A DNA stretch of 64,000 nt from a virus (taxonomy: Duplodnaviria; Caudoviricetes): the IMG/VR virus record IMGVR_UViG_3300001847_000332, positions 940 to 64,939 of that record, one strand, 5' to 3'. Within the stretch, counting starts at the first letter, position 1; every line of letters begins with the position of its first letter. Positions 45,185-53,225 of the stretch are shown piece by piece. The notes under the pieces are model-generated. The model did not search any database. It was not told the DNA's origin and saw only the letters and a list, made by a program, of their open reading frames with translations. Position numbers and translations under genes: made by a program.

Positions 45185-45838
45185 ATGCTCTCTCATTCAT
45201 ACTCCGCTATTAAGGATTTTGAAGGCTGTCCCCGTCGTTACCATGCGGTTCGCATACTGAAGCAGTTCAAGCAGTCAGATACTGAAGCCACACTGTACGG
45301 CACAGCTGTACACAAGGCGTTTGAAGAATACATCCGCGACGGCAAGCCGCTTCCCGAACAGTTTAAGTTGTTCGAGCCATACGTCGAGCCGCTCAAGAAC
45401 ATTAAGGGCACCGTGCTGTGCGAGCAACGAATGGGCATCCGCAAGGACTTTACTCCTTGCGAGTTTTTCGACAAGAACGTGTGGTTTCGCGGCGTGCCCG
45501 ACTTCTTGGCGGTGAACAAAACCAAAGCCCGGATAGCCGACTACAAGACCGGGAAGTCTGCGCGCTTTGCCGACCCCGACCAGCTCGAGCTGATGGCAGC
45601 GATGGTGATGGCACATCATCCTGAGGTTACACATGTGTCCGGGATATTGTTGTTTGTCGTAGCTCGAGATGTGGTCAAAGCAGAATTTTCGCGCGACATG
45701 CTTCCAAACATCTGGTCAAAATGGGCAGGCCGCGCTAGTATGATTGAGTCAGCTGTGGATCACGGCGCATGGGGGGCTAAACCCTCCCCGCTGTGCCGGT
45801 TCTGTCCGTTGACGCAAGAAGCATGTGAACACAGATAG
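45185..45838 (+). CDS. PD-(D/E)XK (Cas4/RecB-like) exonuclease
   Basis: SYS....EGCPR, GTAVH, RGVPD...IADYKTG, QL, C-terminal CRFCP....C. Confidence 0.88.
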   Translation: MLSHSYSAIKDFEGCPRRYHAVRILKQFKQSDTEATLYGTAVHKAFEEYIRDGKPLPEQFKLFEPYVEPLKNIKGTVLCEQRMGIRKDFTPCEFFDKNVWFRGVPDFLAVNKTKARIADYKTGKSARFADPDQLELMAAMVMAHHPEVTHVSGILLFVVARDVVKAEFSRDMLPNIWSKWAGRASMIESAVDHGAWGAKPSPLCRFCPLTQEACEHR

Positions 45839-45846
45839 TGCAACAT

Positions 45847-46390
45847 GGCCCCCAGCCACCGGTGGGGTAAAACAGTGGCAGCTGTAGGTAGGACTGCTCG
45901 GATCATCAGCGTCTCCCCCTACTGATACAGCAGGCCCCCGTCTCTCCGGGGGGCCAACACGCATGAGGATTGGCGCATAAATATCGGTCATGGGGAATGA
46001 AGTCGCGCTCTGGGTTCGAAACCAACGTGCACTGCCCTTCATCCCGATTGAGCGTAACGGATCGCAACCGTAAACAGTCCTCAACCGTGTTGGTGAATGC
46101 GCAAGCTGATGCGCAACGAGTTGTGTCTGATACGTGGCGTGGCTGGGACAGTGCCGAATCGGTAAGGTTGAGTGCCCCAACGAATAACACAGACTGGTCA
46201 CACGTCTTAATGCAGAAATGCCGGAGATCAGCACCGGCCACCAACACTTGACCGCAGGGAGAGACCTGCCTGATTAGGGAGCCGGATATTCCTTTGACAC
46301 CTCGGAAAGACGAGGGCTAACACACATGCGTCCTGAGCGGCTAGGTGGGGGAACACCTAGTGCGCGCCCCAAGGGCGCAGCCGTGTTAGC
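45847..46390 (+). ncRNA. cluster of structured RNA modules
   Basis: No credible ORF; back-to-back helices, a pseudoknot, kissing loops and duplicated scaffolds (see findings). Confidence 0.65.
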
Positions 46391-46432
46391 ATAAGGTAAA
46401 AGTTTTTGGCTTACGCCAACCGGGATCGCTAA

Positions 46433-46690
46433 GTGGCTACGAAAAAACGTAATTATGCGCGTGAATATGCTCTGTATCAGGGTACCCCGGAGCAACTGAA
46501 GAAACAGTCCGAACGGCACAAGGCCCGGCGTGCCTACGAAAAGGCTAACGGCAAGCTGCCGGACAGTATGGATGTGGACCACGTGAAGCCCTTGAGCAAG
46601 GGCGGAACCAGTAAACTAAGCAACCTACGGGCCGTGCCCAAGTCGAAGAACAGAAGCTTTGCGCGTACCAGTACGAACAAGGTTAAGTAG
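46433..46690 (+). CDS. HNH endonuclease
   Basis: DVDHVKPLSKGG....NLR......NRS. Confidence 0.85.
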   Translation: MATKKRNYAREYALYQGTPEQLKKQSERHKARRAYEKANGKLPDSMDVDHVKPLSKGGTSKLSNLRAVPKSKNRSFARTSTNKVK

Positions 46691-46713
46691 TCTATACAAC
46701 CAGTAGGACGTTT

Positions 46714-48258
46714 ATGCAGATCGTGGACAACCGCGCGCTGCTCTTCGTCACGCGCAAGGCAGATCAGATTACTGCCTTGATCCCCAAAAGCCGCATCCTT
46801 GCACGCAGTGGTGACAAGGCGCAGGTGCTCGTGAATTGGGGGCCGGACGAGGTGCAGATACTCCGCAACCTCAAGATCAAAGCCCCGCCTAACCCGATAC
46901 TGGGTAGGTACGAATGGCCGGGCGTATACAAACCCTTCGAGCATCAGCGCACTACTGCAGCATTCCTTGCGTCACACCCTCGGTGCTTTTGTTTCAATGA
47001 TCCCGGCACAGGCAAGACCAGTGCTGCGGCGTGGGCTGCCGACTACCTGATGAATCAAGGCAAGGTTAAGCGCGTGCTGGTGGTGTGCCCGGTGTCGATC
47101 ATGGACACAGCATGGCGGTCTGACTTGTTTAAGACCGTGATGCACCGCACTGTTGGGATTGCGATTGGGTCGCGAGAAAAGCGCGAGGCCATCATCAACG
47201 GGCGCTACGAATTCGTCATCATCAATTTCGATGGCGTAAAGATAGTCACTCCGGCACTCGCGGCAGGAGGGTTTGATCTTATCATCGTCGACGAAGCCAA
47301 CGCCATCAAAAGCGTATCCACCGACCGCTGGAAAGCGCTCGCCTCGCTTGTGCGCGCGGACACCCGGCTGTGGCTGATGACCGGCACCCCTGCCTCCCAA
47401 TCTCCATTGGATGCGTATGGGCTGGCCAAGCTCGTCAACCCAGACGGCGTGCCGCGCTTTTTTGGCGCGTGGCGTGATAAGGTGATGGTCAAGATCACGC
47501 AATACAAATGGGTGCCCAAGAATGAGTCTCAGGCTATTGTGCATGCAGCGTTACAGCCGGCTATTCGGTACACGAAAGAAGAGTGCTTGGACCTGCCCGA
47601 TCTGCTCTATGCTACCCGGGAAGTGCCCCTTACACCGCAGCAGCAAAAGTACTACAACGCCATCAAGCAGGAAATGATTACTCGCGCGGCAGGTGAGGAG
47701 ATCACCGCCGCGAATGCCGCGTCAATGCTCAACAAGCTGCTGCAGCTGTCCCAAGGTGCGGTATACACCGACACCAAGGAGATCGTGCAGTTCGACATCA
47801 AGCCCCGACTGGCTGAGCTCATAAGTATCATTGAGCAGACTGACTATAAGGTGCTGGTGTTTGTGCCGTTTCGGCACGTGCTCGAGATGCTTCGCGACGC
47901 CCTGACTGGCTACACCGTGGAGGTTATTCACGGAGGTGTGCCAGCTACGGCGCGGGCTGAGATCATCAAGCGGTTCCAGACGCAGGACAACCCGCGCATC
48001 CTGCTCATGGTGCCGCAGGCTACTGCGCATGGCATCACACTAACCCGGGCAGATCAGGTGGTATGGTGGGGGCCTATCCCGTCCACCGAGTATTACCTGC
48101 AAGCTAACGCCCGCGCCCACCGGCAGGGCCAGACACGCAACGTAACCGTCACGCACCTGCAGGGCAGTCCGGTGGAGAAGCGTCTCTACACCATGCTGCA
48201 GGGCAAGATCGACATGCACCAAGCGCTCGTCGAGTTGTACAAACAAGAAATAAGTTGA
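46714..48258 (+). CDS. SNF2-like superfamily 2 helicase
   Basis: DPGTGKT, IVDEA, MTGTP, HGITLT, QANARAHRQGQ. Confidence 0.92.
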   Translation: MQIVDNRALLFVTRKADQITALIPKSRILARSGDKAQVLVNWGPDEVQILRNLKIKAPPNPILGRYEWPGVYKPFEHQRTTAAFLASHPRCFCFNDPGTGKTSAAAWAADYLMNQGKVKRVLVVCPVSIMDTAWRSDLFKTVMHRTVGIAIGSREKREAIINGRYEFVIINFDGVKIVTPALAAGGFDLIIVDEANAIKSVSTDRWKALASLVRADTRLWLMTGTPASQSPLDAYGLAKLVNPDGVPRFFGAWRDKVMVKITQYKWVPKNESQAIVHAALQPAIRYTKEECLDLPDLLYATREVPLTPQQQKYYNAIKQEMITRAAGEEITAANAASMLNKLLQLSQGAVYTDTKEIVQFDIKPRLAELISIIEQTDYKVLVFVPFRHVLEMLRDALTGYTVEVIHGGVPATARAEIIKRFQTQDNPRILLMVPQATAHGITLTRADQVVWWGPIPSTEYYLQANARAHRQGQTRNVTVTHLQGSPVEKRLYTMLQGKIDMHQALVELYKQEIS

Positions 48259-48283
48259 CAGTGTTTACTGTCAGAAGTAGGCT
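48255..48283 (+). promoter_or_regulatory. sigma70-type promoter
   Basis: TTGACA-17-TAGGCT with overlapping TGACAGT-N4-ACTGTCA inverted repeat. Confidence 0.65.
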
Positions 48284-48311
48284 GTAACAACATACGACCA
48301 AGGAGACTTTT

Positions 48312-48698
48312 ATGGACGCTGCGAAACTTGTGCAAGTTTATTTGAAGATGCGAGACACCAAGGACATGATGGTACGTGACCATGAAACCAAGCTAGCTGC
48401 GCTCACTTCCCAAATGGAAGCAATCGAACAGGAACTCATTGAAATCTGCAAAGCCACGGGACAGCAGGGAGGCAAGACGCCGTACGGAAGCTTTACGAAA
48501 ACCGTTAAAACGCGCTACTGGACTAACGATTGGGATAGCATGTACCGCTTTATCAAAACGCATGACCTGCCGCAGCTGCTGGAACGACGCATACACCAAG
48601 GAAATTTTAAGGAGTTCATGGAAGCTAATCCCGGGACGCTTCCTGAAGGATTGAACGTTGACTCGCGCTACGCCATAACCGTGCGGAGGTCCAAATGA
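48312..48698 (+). CDS. conserved phage replication-region protein
   Basis: 128 aa; KTPYG...YWTNDW...LLERRIHQGN; AAGGAG RBS. Confidence 0.75.
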   Translation: MDAAKLVQVYLKMRDTKDMMVRDHETKLAALTSQMEAIEQELIEICKATGQQGGKTPYGSFTKTVKTRYWTNDWDSMYRFIKTHDLPQLLERRIHQGNFKEFMEANPGTLPEGLNVDSRYAITVRRSK

Positions 48699-48901
48699 TT
48701 AAGTTTTTATATGGCGTATCAGTAGCCCTTATACTCGCCGGCGGATTTGGCATAGTCGTTAAAGCAGAAACAGAAAATGAAAAAAACCTCGATGCGTTAG
48801 AAGCCGCATGTGAGAGCTCCTTGGGCGTGCTGGCACGTATGCGCCAAGGCTATAAATGTGTCGTGCCAGTTCACCAACTTATAAGGAACAACCATGAGTA
48901 A
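48695..48901 (+). CDS. small membrane-anchored protein
   Basis: N-terminal TM segment and a Cys pair. Confidence 0.6.
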   Translation: MIKFLYGVSVALILAGGFGIVVKAETENEKNLDALEAACESSLGVLARMRQGYKCVVPVHQLIRNNHE

Positions 48902-49805
48902 CCTAACCCTATTCAACAACGGCTCTTCCGTTCCTGATTACTTGCGCAATCCTGAGGATGACGTTACCAAGTCGCTCGCCGGTCAAAGCTCTACCAAAGC
49001 TATCTCCATCAAAGGCGGTGTGTGGCGTCTCATGTCTGGCGGTGAGGAAATTGCCAAGAATGAGGACAGAGCCCTTAATATGGTGATCGTGGCCGCCGCC
49101 AAAACCAATTCGCGCACCTACTTCCAAGGCAAATACGAAGAGGGCAAGGATATTGGCCCGACATGTTGGTCTGCTGACGGCGTTAAACCCAATGATGAAG
49201 TGCCGGCCGATCAGCGCCAGTCCAGCCTGTGCGTCTCTTGCCCCCAGAACATTGAGGGCTCTGGCGAAGGCAAGTCCCGCGCATGCCGTTTCAGTCGTCG
49301 TCTAGCAGTTGTACTAGACAATGACATTGGCGGCGACATTTACCGCCTGCAGCTGCCCGCCAAGTCTATTTTTGGCAAGCCGGTTGATGGCAAGATGAGC
49401 CTGCAGGCGTATGCCAACTTCCTGTCTGGCCACAACGTGCCTATCAACGGGTTGGTCACTGAGGCGCGGTTCGACACTGGTGAAGCGGTGCCTGTGCTGC
49501 GCTTCAAGGCTGTCCGCCCGCTCACTCGTGAGGAATGGGAAGTGGCCAAGGCTCAGGGCGCATCCGAAGATGCCCGTCGCGCTATTGAGTTCAAGCTGGC
49601 AGTTAAAACTGACAAGCAAGCTGCCCTGCCTGCCGCGTTTGCTGAGACTCCTGCCCGCAAGGAAGTGGTTGCCGCCGAGCCTGCTGTTGAGGAAGTAGCC
49701 GAGCCGGTCAAGCGCGCCAAGAAAGCTGCGCCTGCTGCTGAGCCTACGGATAAGCCGAGCGTGGCTGCTATCCTAAGCGACTGGGGTTCTGACGACGATG
49801 AGTGA
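48894..49805 (+). CDS. putative single-stranded DNA-binding/annealing protein
   Basis: 303 aa; PTCWSxDG, CxxCPQN..GS...ACR; acidic tail WGSDDDE. Confidence 0.7.
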   Translation: MSNLTLFNNGSSVPDYLRNPEDDVTKSLAGQSSTKAISIKGGVWRLMSGGEEIAKNEDRALNMVIVAAAKTNSRTYFQGKYEEGKDIGPTCWSADGVKPNDEVPADQRQSSLCVSCPQNIEGSGEGKSRACRFSRRLAVVLDNDIGGDIYRLQLPAKSIFGKPVDGKMSLQAYANFLSGHNVPINGLVTEARFDTGEAVPVLRFKAVRPLTREEWEVAKAQGASEDARRAIEFKLAVKTDKQAALPAAFAETPARKEVVAAEPAVEEVAEPVKRAKKAAPAAEPTDKPSVAAILSDWGSDDDE

Positions 49806-50040
49806 TCGGCGGGGGTACAGCTCAGCACTTATTGAAGAGGTAGCTGCGGCTGACCCCGCGCTGCCCGCGGTACGCTTGGCCAAGCTGTGCATCGCACAGG
49901 GAAGGTCTGTGTGGGAAGTCTCAGCTCAGCTGGGCGTATCGCGGATTACAATTTACAAGTGGTTTTGCGGTAGAGTGAACCCACGCAGCAAGCACTTGGA
50001 ACGAATTTTTAAACTAATTTCTGAACTTGAGCGTGCATAA
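49798..50040 (+). CDS. Cro/XRE-like HTH regulator
   Basis: SVWEVSAQLGVSRITIYKWFCG..NP. Confidence 0.8.
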   Translation: MSDRRGYSSALIEEVAAADPALPAVRLAKLCIAQGRSVWEVSAQLGVSRITIYKWFCGRVNPRSKHLERIFKLISELERA

Positions 50041-50048
50041 TCAGTACC

Positions 50049-50142
50049 GAGGCTAGGCTACGCTGATCCCGTAGCGACGAGGCGGAACACGGGGCCGCCG
50101 CCTCACCTATTACCCCGCACATAACAATAACCCCGTGTGAGG
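50049..50142 (+). ncRNA. putative structured leader of the primase gene
   Basis: Three-way junction, plus ACACGGGG/CCCCGTGT pairing next to the RBS. Confidence 0.55.
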
Positions 50143-50146
50143 CTAC

Positions 50147-53011
50147 GTGAGCACCGCATTCCTAGACGCTGTTCTGCCGTCTGCAGGTCTCTACTGTGTA
50201 ACAAGGATCAAAAACAAAAAGGTCGTCGACCAGCGGTTCTGCACAAGCAAAACCGACATCGCCCAATTAACCTCAACCCTGAATGAAGCCCCGTGGAACG
50301 TCTACGTGGCGTTGGCGTCATTCAAGTCTGAAGTCCGCGAGGCGGAGAACGCCCGCACCATTAAATGCTTTTTTGTCGACATCGACAGCAAGAACGGCAA
50401 GCCATACGCCAGCGCTGCCGAAGCTGGTCTTGCGCTCAAGCAATTCGTCAAAGCCTCCGGTCTGCCCATCCCCACAGTCGTGGCCTCGGGCGGCGGCGTG
50501 CATGCGTATTGGACGTTCACCGAGGAAGTGCCAATCGCGCAGTGGCGTCCGTATGCACGTGCCTTTAAACATTTCTGTTTTGAGCATAGCCTGAAGATAG
50601 ATGCCCAAGTGTCTGCCGACGCAGCGCGAGTCATGCGCATGCCGGGTACGCTCAACTACAACACCGCCACGCCCACGCTAGCCAGCTTGGTCAAGCTGGG
50701 CAAGCCCACGCTGTTTGAGGACTTGTGCAAGCTGCTGCCGGCTCCGCCAGCCGATTTGACTGCGGCCACAGCCTTCGGCGCGGACGACATGACCCGCGGG
50801 CTGGCACACAGCAGTGACCTACCCCCGTGCGAGTTCTCCACCTTGCTCGACAAGAGCACCCGCGGCAACGGTTGCGCCCAGATCAAGTGGGCGTATGAGA
50901 ACCAGTCTGAGGTGCCGGAGCCTCTGTGGCGTGCGGTGCTGTCGATAGCGTGGAACTGCACGGATGCACGCACCGCCATCCATGACGTATCCCAGAACCA
51001 TCCAGAGTATTCGTACCACTCGACGCTGGCCAAGGCCGAGCGGCTCACTCAAAAGCCGCATACCTGCCAATGGTTCCGGGACAACAACCCCGAGCTATGC
51101 AAAGGCTGCCCGCAGAAAGTCACCAGTCCTATCCAGCTGGGTCGCACCGTCAAACCCACGCCCACGGTTGTTGAGGACGGCGCTGAGGTTTATGTGGTGG
51201 AGCACACCGTAGCCACCCTGTCCGGCACGCAGCAGTCGGTCACGGTATCTATCCCGGCGTTCCCGTTCCCTTACTACCGAGGCGAGCGCGGCGGGGTGTA
51301 CCGCGACGAGGAAGCGCCGGATGGCGAGAAGAAGCCGGTTGAGATATACGCGCAAGACCTCTATCTAACTGGGCGATTCTACGACTCCGACGACCACGGA
51401 GACGGTGAAGGCGAGTTGCTTGGCGTCTGCCTACACTTACCACGTGACGGGGTGCGTACCTTTTACGCCCCGGCAACATCGCTGCTCAACAAGGAGAAAC
51501 TGCAAACCATCCTGCTCAAGCATGGGGTGGTCGCATTCGGCAAACAATGGGACGGCATCATGGCTTACTTCGCTTCATCCATCCGCAAGCTGCAAAAAGA
51601 CGCGAGCGCATACCGCACGCGCAACCAGATGGGCTGGACGCCTGACGAGCTTGGCTTTGTCGTGGGCGAAATTGAATATACCGAGATTGGCCCCAAGCTG
51701 GCCCCGCCTGCCAGCAGCACCCGGCAGATGGCCCCGGCGTTCCAACCTGCCGGTAGCCTCGACGAATGGAAAAAAATCGCCAACTTCTACGACAAAAAAG
51801 GCATGGAGCCCCACGCCTTCACCCTGTTCTGCGGCTTCGGTTCTCCGCTTATGCCCCTGTTGGGCGGGTTCGACGTGAAGGGTGCAGTGGTCAATCTGGT
51901 GTCCAACGAGTCCGGCACGGGCAAGACCACCGCTGTCATGGTCAAGGACTCCATCTTCGGGAACCCGGCTCGGCTGTTGGGCTCCGCGGACGACACCTAT
52001 CTGGCCAAGTTCCAGCATATCGGCATGCTGAACAACATCAGCCCGTCGTTCGACGAGATGACCAATTCCAAGCCGGAAGAGCTCTCCGACTTCATTTACT
52101 CCGTCACGCGCGGTCGAGCTCGGCACCGGATGGATTCTCAAGCCAACAAGCTGCGGAACAACAACACCACGTGGAGCAGCATTGTTGTCACCACCAGCAA
52201 CTCCGTGTTCTCCGACGCCATCAGCAGCATCAAGTCCACCTCCGGCGGCGAGCAGGCGCGCCTGCTGGACATCTACGTCGGCGCGGTACCCGACATAAGC
52301 AAGGCCGAAGCCGACGAAATTTTCCGCAAGCTGTCGACCAACTACGGCGTAGCCGGCCCCGTGTTCATCAGCTATGTGCTGGCCAACAAGCAGCTGGTCA
52401 TCGAAACCCTGCACAAGATGCAGAATAAAATCGACGAAGAACTCAAGCTCGACAAGGCCGACCGCTTCTACTCCGGCTTGCTTGCTTGCGCGTTCACTGG
52501 CGCATACTTCGCCCGCAAGCTGGGCCTGTTCGACATCAACATTGGCCGGGTATACCGCCACATGCTGCACGAAGTGCTGGGTATCCGCGCGGCGCGCGTG
52601 TCCTCCGTCGGCTCGAGCACACAGGTCGCCGTCGAAACACTGGGTCGCTACATCAACGAATTCCTGTCCAACGCGATCATCATCGAAAGTGCCAAGAACG
52701 GCGTACCCGCCGCGCCGATCACAGCACCACGCGGCGCGTTGAAGATGCGGTACGAACCAGACAGCAAAGAGTTATGGATACCCGTGCACGAGCTACGCAC
52801 CTACTTCGTCGAGAAGCAGGTGGATGTGAAGCAAAGCTTAGCCGTGATGACCAAGAACGGCATGCTCAAAAACAAGGGCAAGGCTCTCAACAAGCGGATC
52901 GGTGCCGGCGCTATGGGCAGCATGAGCGCAGTGCCCGTGCGGTGTTATTGTTTTGATAGCGACGCGGTAGGTATGACAGATGTCATTCCTCAAAGCCAAG
53001 AAACTACCTGA
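50147..53011 (+). CDS. primase-helicase (RepB/AEP-like primase + DUF927 helicase)
   Basis: FFVDID, SGGGVHAYW, RVMRMPGTLN; Walker A ESGTGKTT, FDEMT. Confidence 0.88.
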   Translation: MSTAFLDAVLPSAGLYCVTRIKNKKVVDQRFCTSKTDIAQLTSTLNEAPWNVYVALASFKSEVREAENARTIKCFFVDIDSKNGKPYASAAEAGLALKQFVKASGLPIPTVVASGGGVHAYWTFTEEVPIAQWRPYARAFKHFCFEHSLKIDAQVSADAARVMRMPGTLNYNTATPTLASLVKLGKPTLFEDLCKLLPAPPADLTAATAFGADDMTRGLAHSSDLPPCEFSTLLDKSTRGNGCAQIKWAYENQSEVPEPLWRAVLSIAWNCTDARTAIHDVSQNHPEYSYHSTLAKAERLTQKPHTCQWFRDNNPELCKGCPQKVTSPIQLGRTVKPTPTVVEDGAEVYVVEHTVATLSGTQQSVTVSIPAFPFPYYRGERGGVYRDEEAPDGEKKPVEIYAQDLYLTGRFYDSDDHGDGEGELLGVCLHLPRDGVRTFYAPATSLLNKEKLQTILLKHGVVAFGKQWDGIMAYFASSIRKLQKDASAYRTRNQMGWTPDELGFVVGEIEYTEIGPKLAPPASSTRQMAPAFQPAGSLDEWKKIANFYDKKGMEPHAFTLFCGFGSPLMPLLGGFDVKGAVVNLVSNESGTGKTTAVMVKDSIFGNPARLLGSADDTYLAKFQHIGMLNNISPSFDEMTNSKPEELSDFIYSVTRGRARHRMDSQANKLRNNNTTWSSIVVTTSNSVFSDAISSIKSTSGGEQARLLDIYVGAVPDISKAEADEIFRKLSTNYGVAGPVFISYVLANKQLVIETLHKMQNKIDEELKLDKADRFYSGLLACAFTGAYFARKLGLFDINIGRVYRHMLHEVLGIRAARVSSVGSSTQVAVETLGRYINEFLSNAIIIESAKNGVPAAPITAPRGALKMRYEPDSKELWIPVHELRTYFVEKQVDVKQSLAVMTKNGMLKNKGKALNKRIGAGAMGSMSAVPVRCYCFDSDAVGMTDVIPQSQETT

Positions 53012-53225
53012 CAACGTCCGGGTCCTCACCATCTTCGGCGCGGAGTACTGGATGCCTTGGGAGGACATGCGCCGCGGTTGCTCCTGCTTTCTGCCGACGA
53101 CCGCCACCGCCCAGCAGGTAGCCGAACTGCTAGGTCCCATCGAGAAATACCTCGGATGGCACTTCGCAGTGGCTAACCGCTGTGAATACGGACGCTACGG
53201 CGTCCGTATCTGGCGCATGGTCTGA
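52980..53225 (+). CDS. small putative DNA-binding protein
   Basis: PWEDMRRGCSCFLP...GVRIWR. Confidence 0.7.
   Translation: MSFLKAKKLPDNVRVLTIFGAEYWMPWEDMRRGCSCFLPTTATAQQVAELLGPIEKYLGWHFAVANRCEYGRYGVRIWRMV

Noticed and set aside
45185-45838. Cas4 as part of a CRISPR adaptation module
   Set aside because: Stand-alone PD-(D/E)XK exonuclease in a normal phage replication cluster; no cas1/cas2 or array.
45847-46390. Hammerhead, HDV-like or twister ribozyme, or a second tRNA
   Set aside because: Required catalytic cores could not be completed by eye, and the T-loop-like hairpin lacks a cloverleaf; not excluded without a covariance search.
45749-46582. Short ORFs across the structured region (45749-46234, 45906-46247, 45970-46251, 46274-46582)
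   Set aside because: No convincing RBS or protein motifs; sequence better explained by RNA structure.
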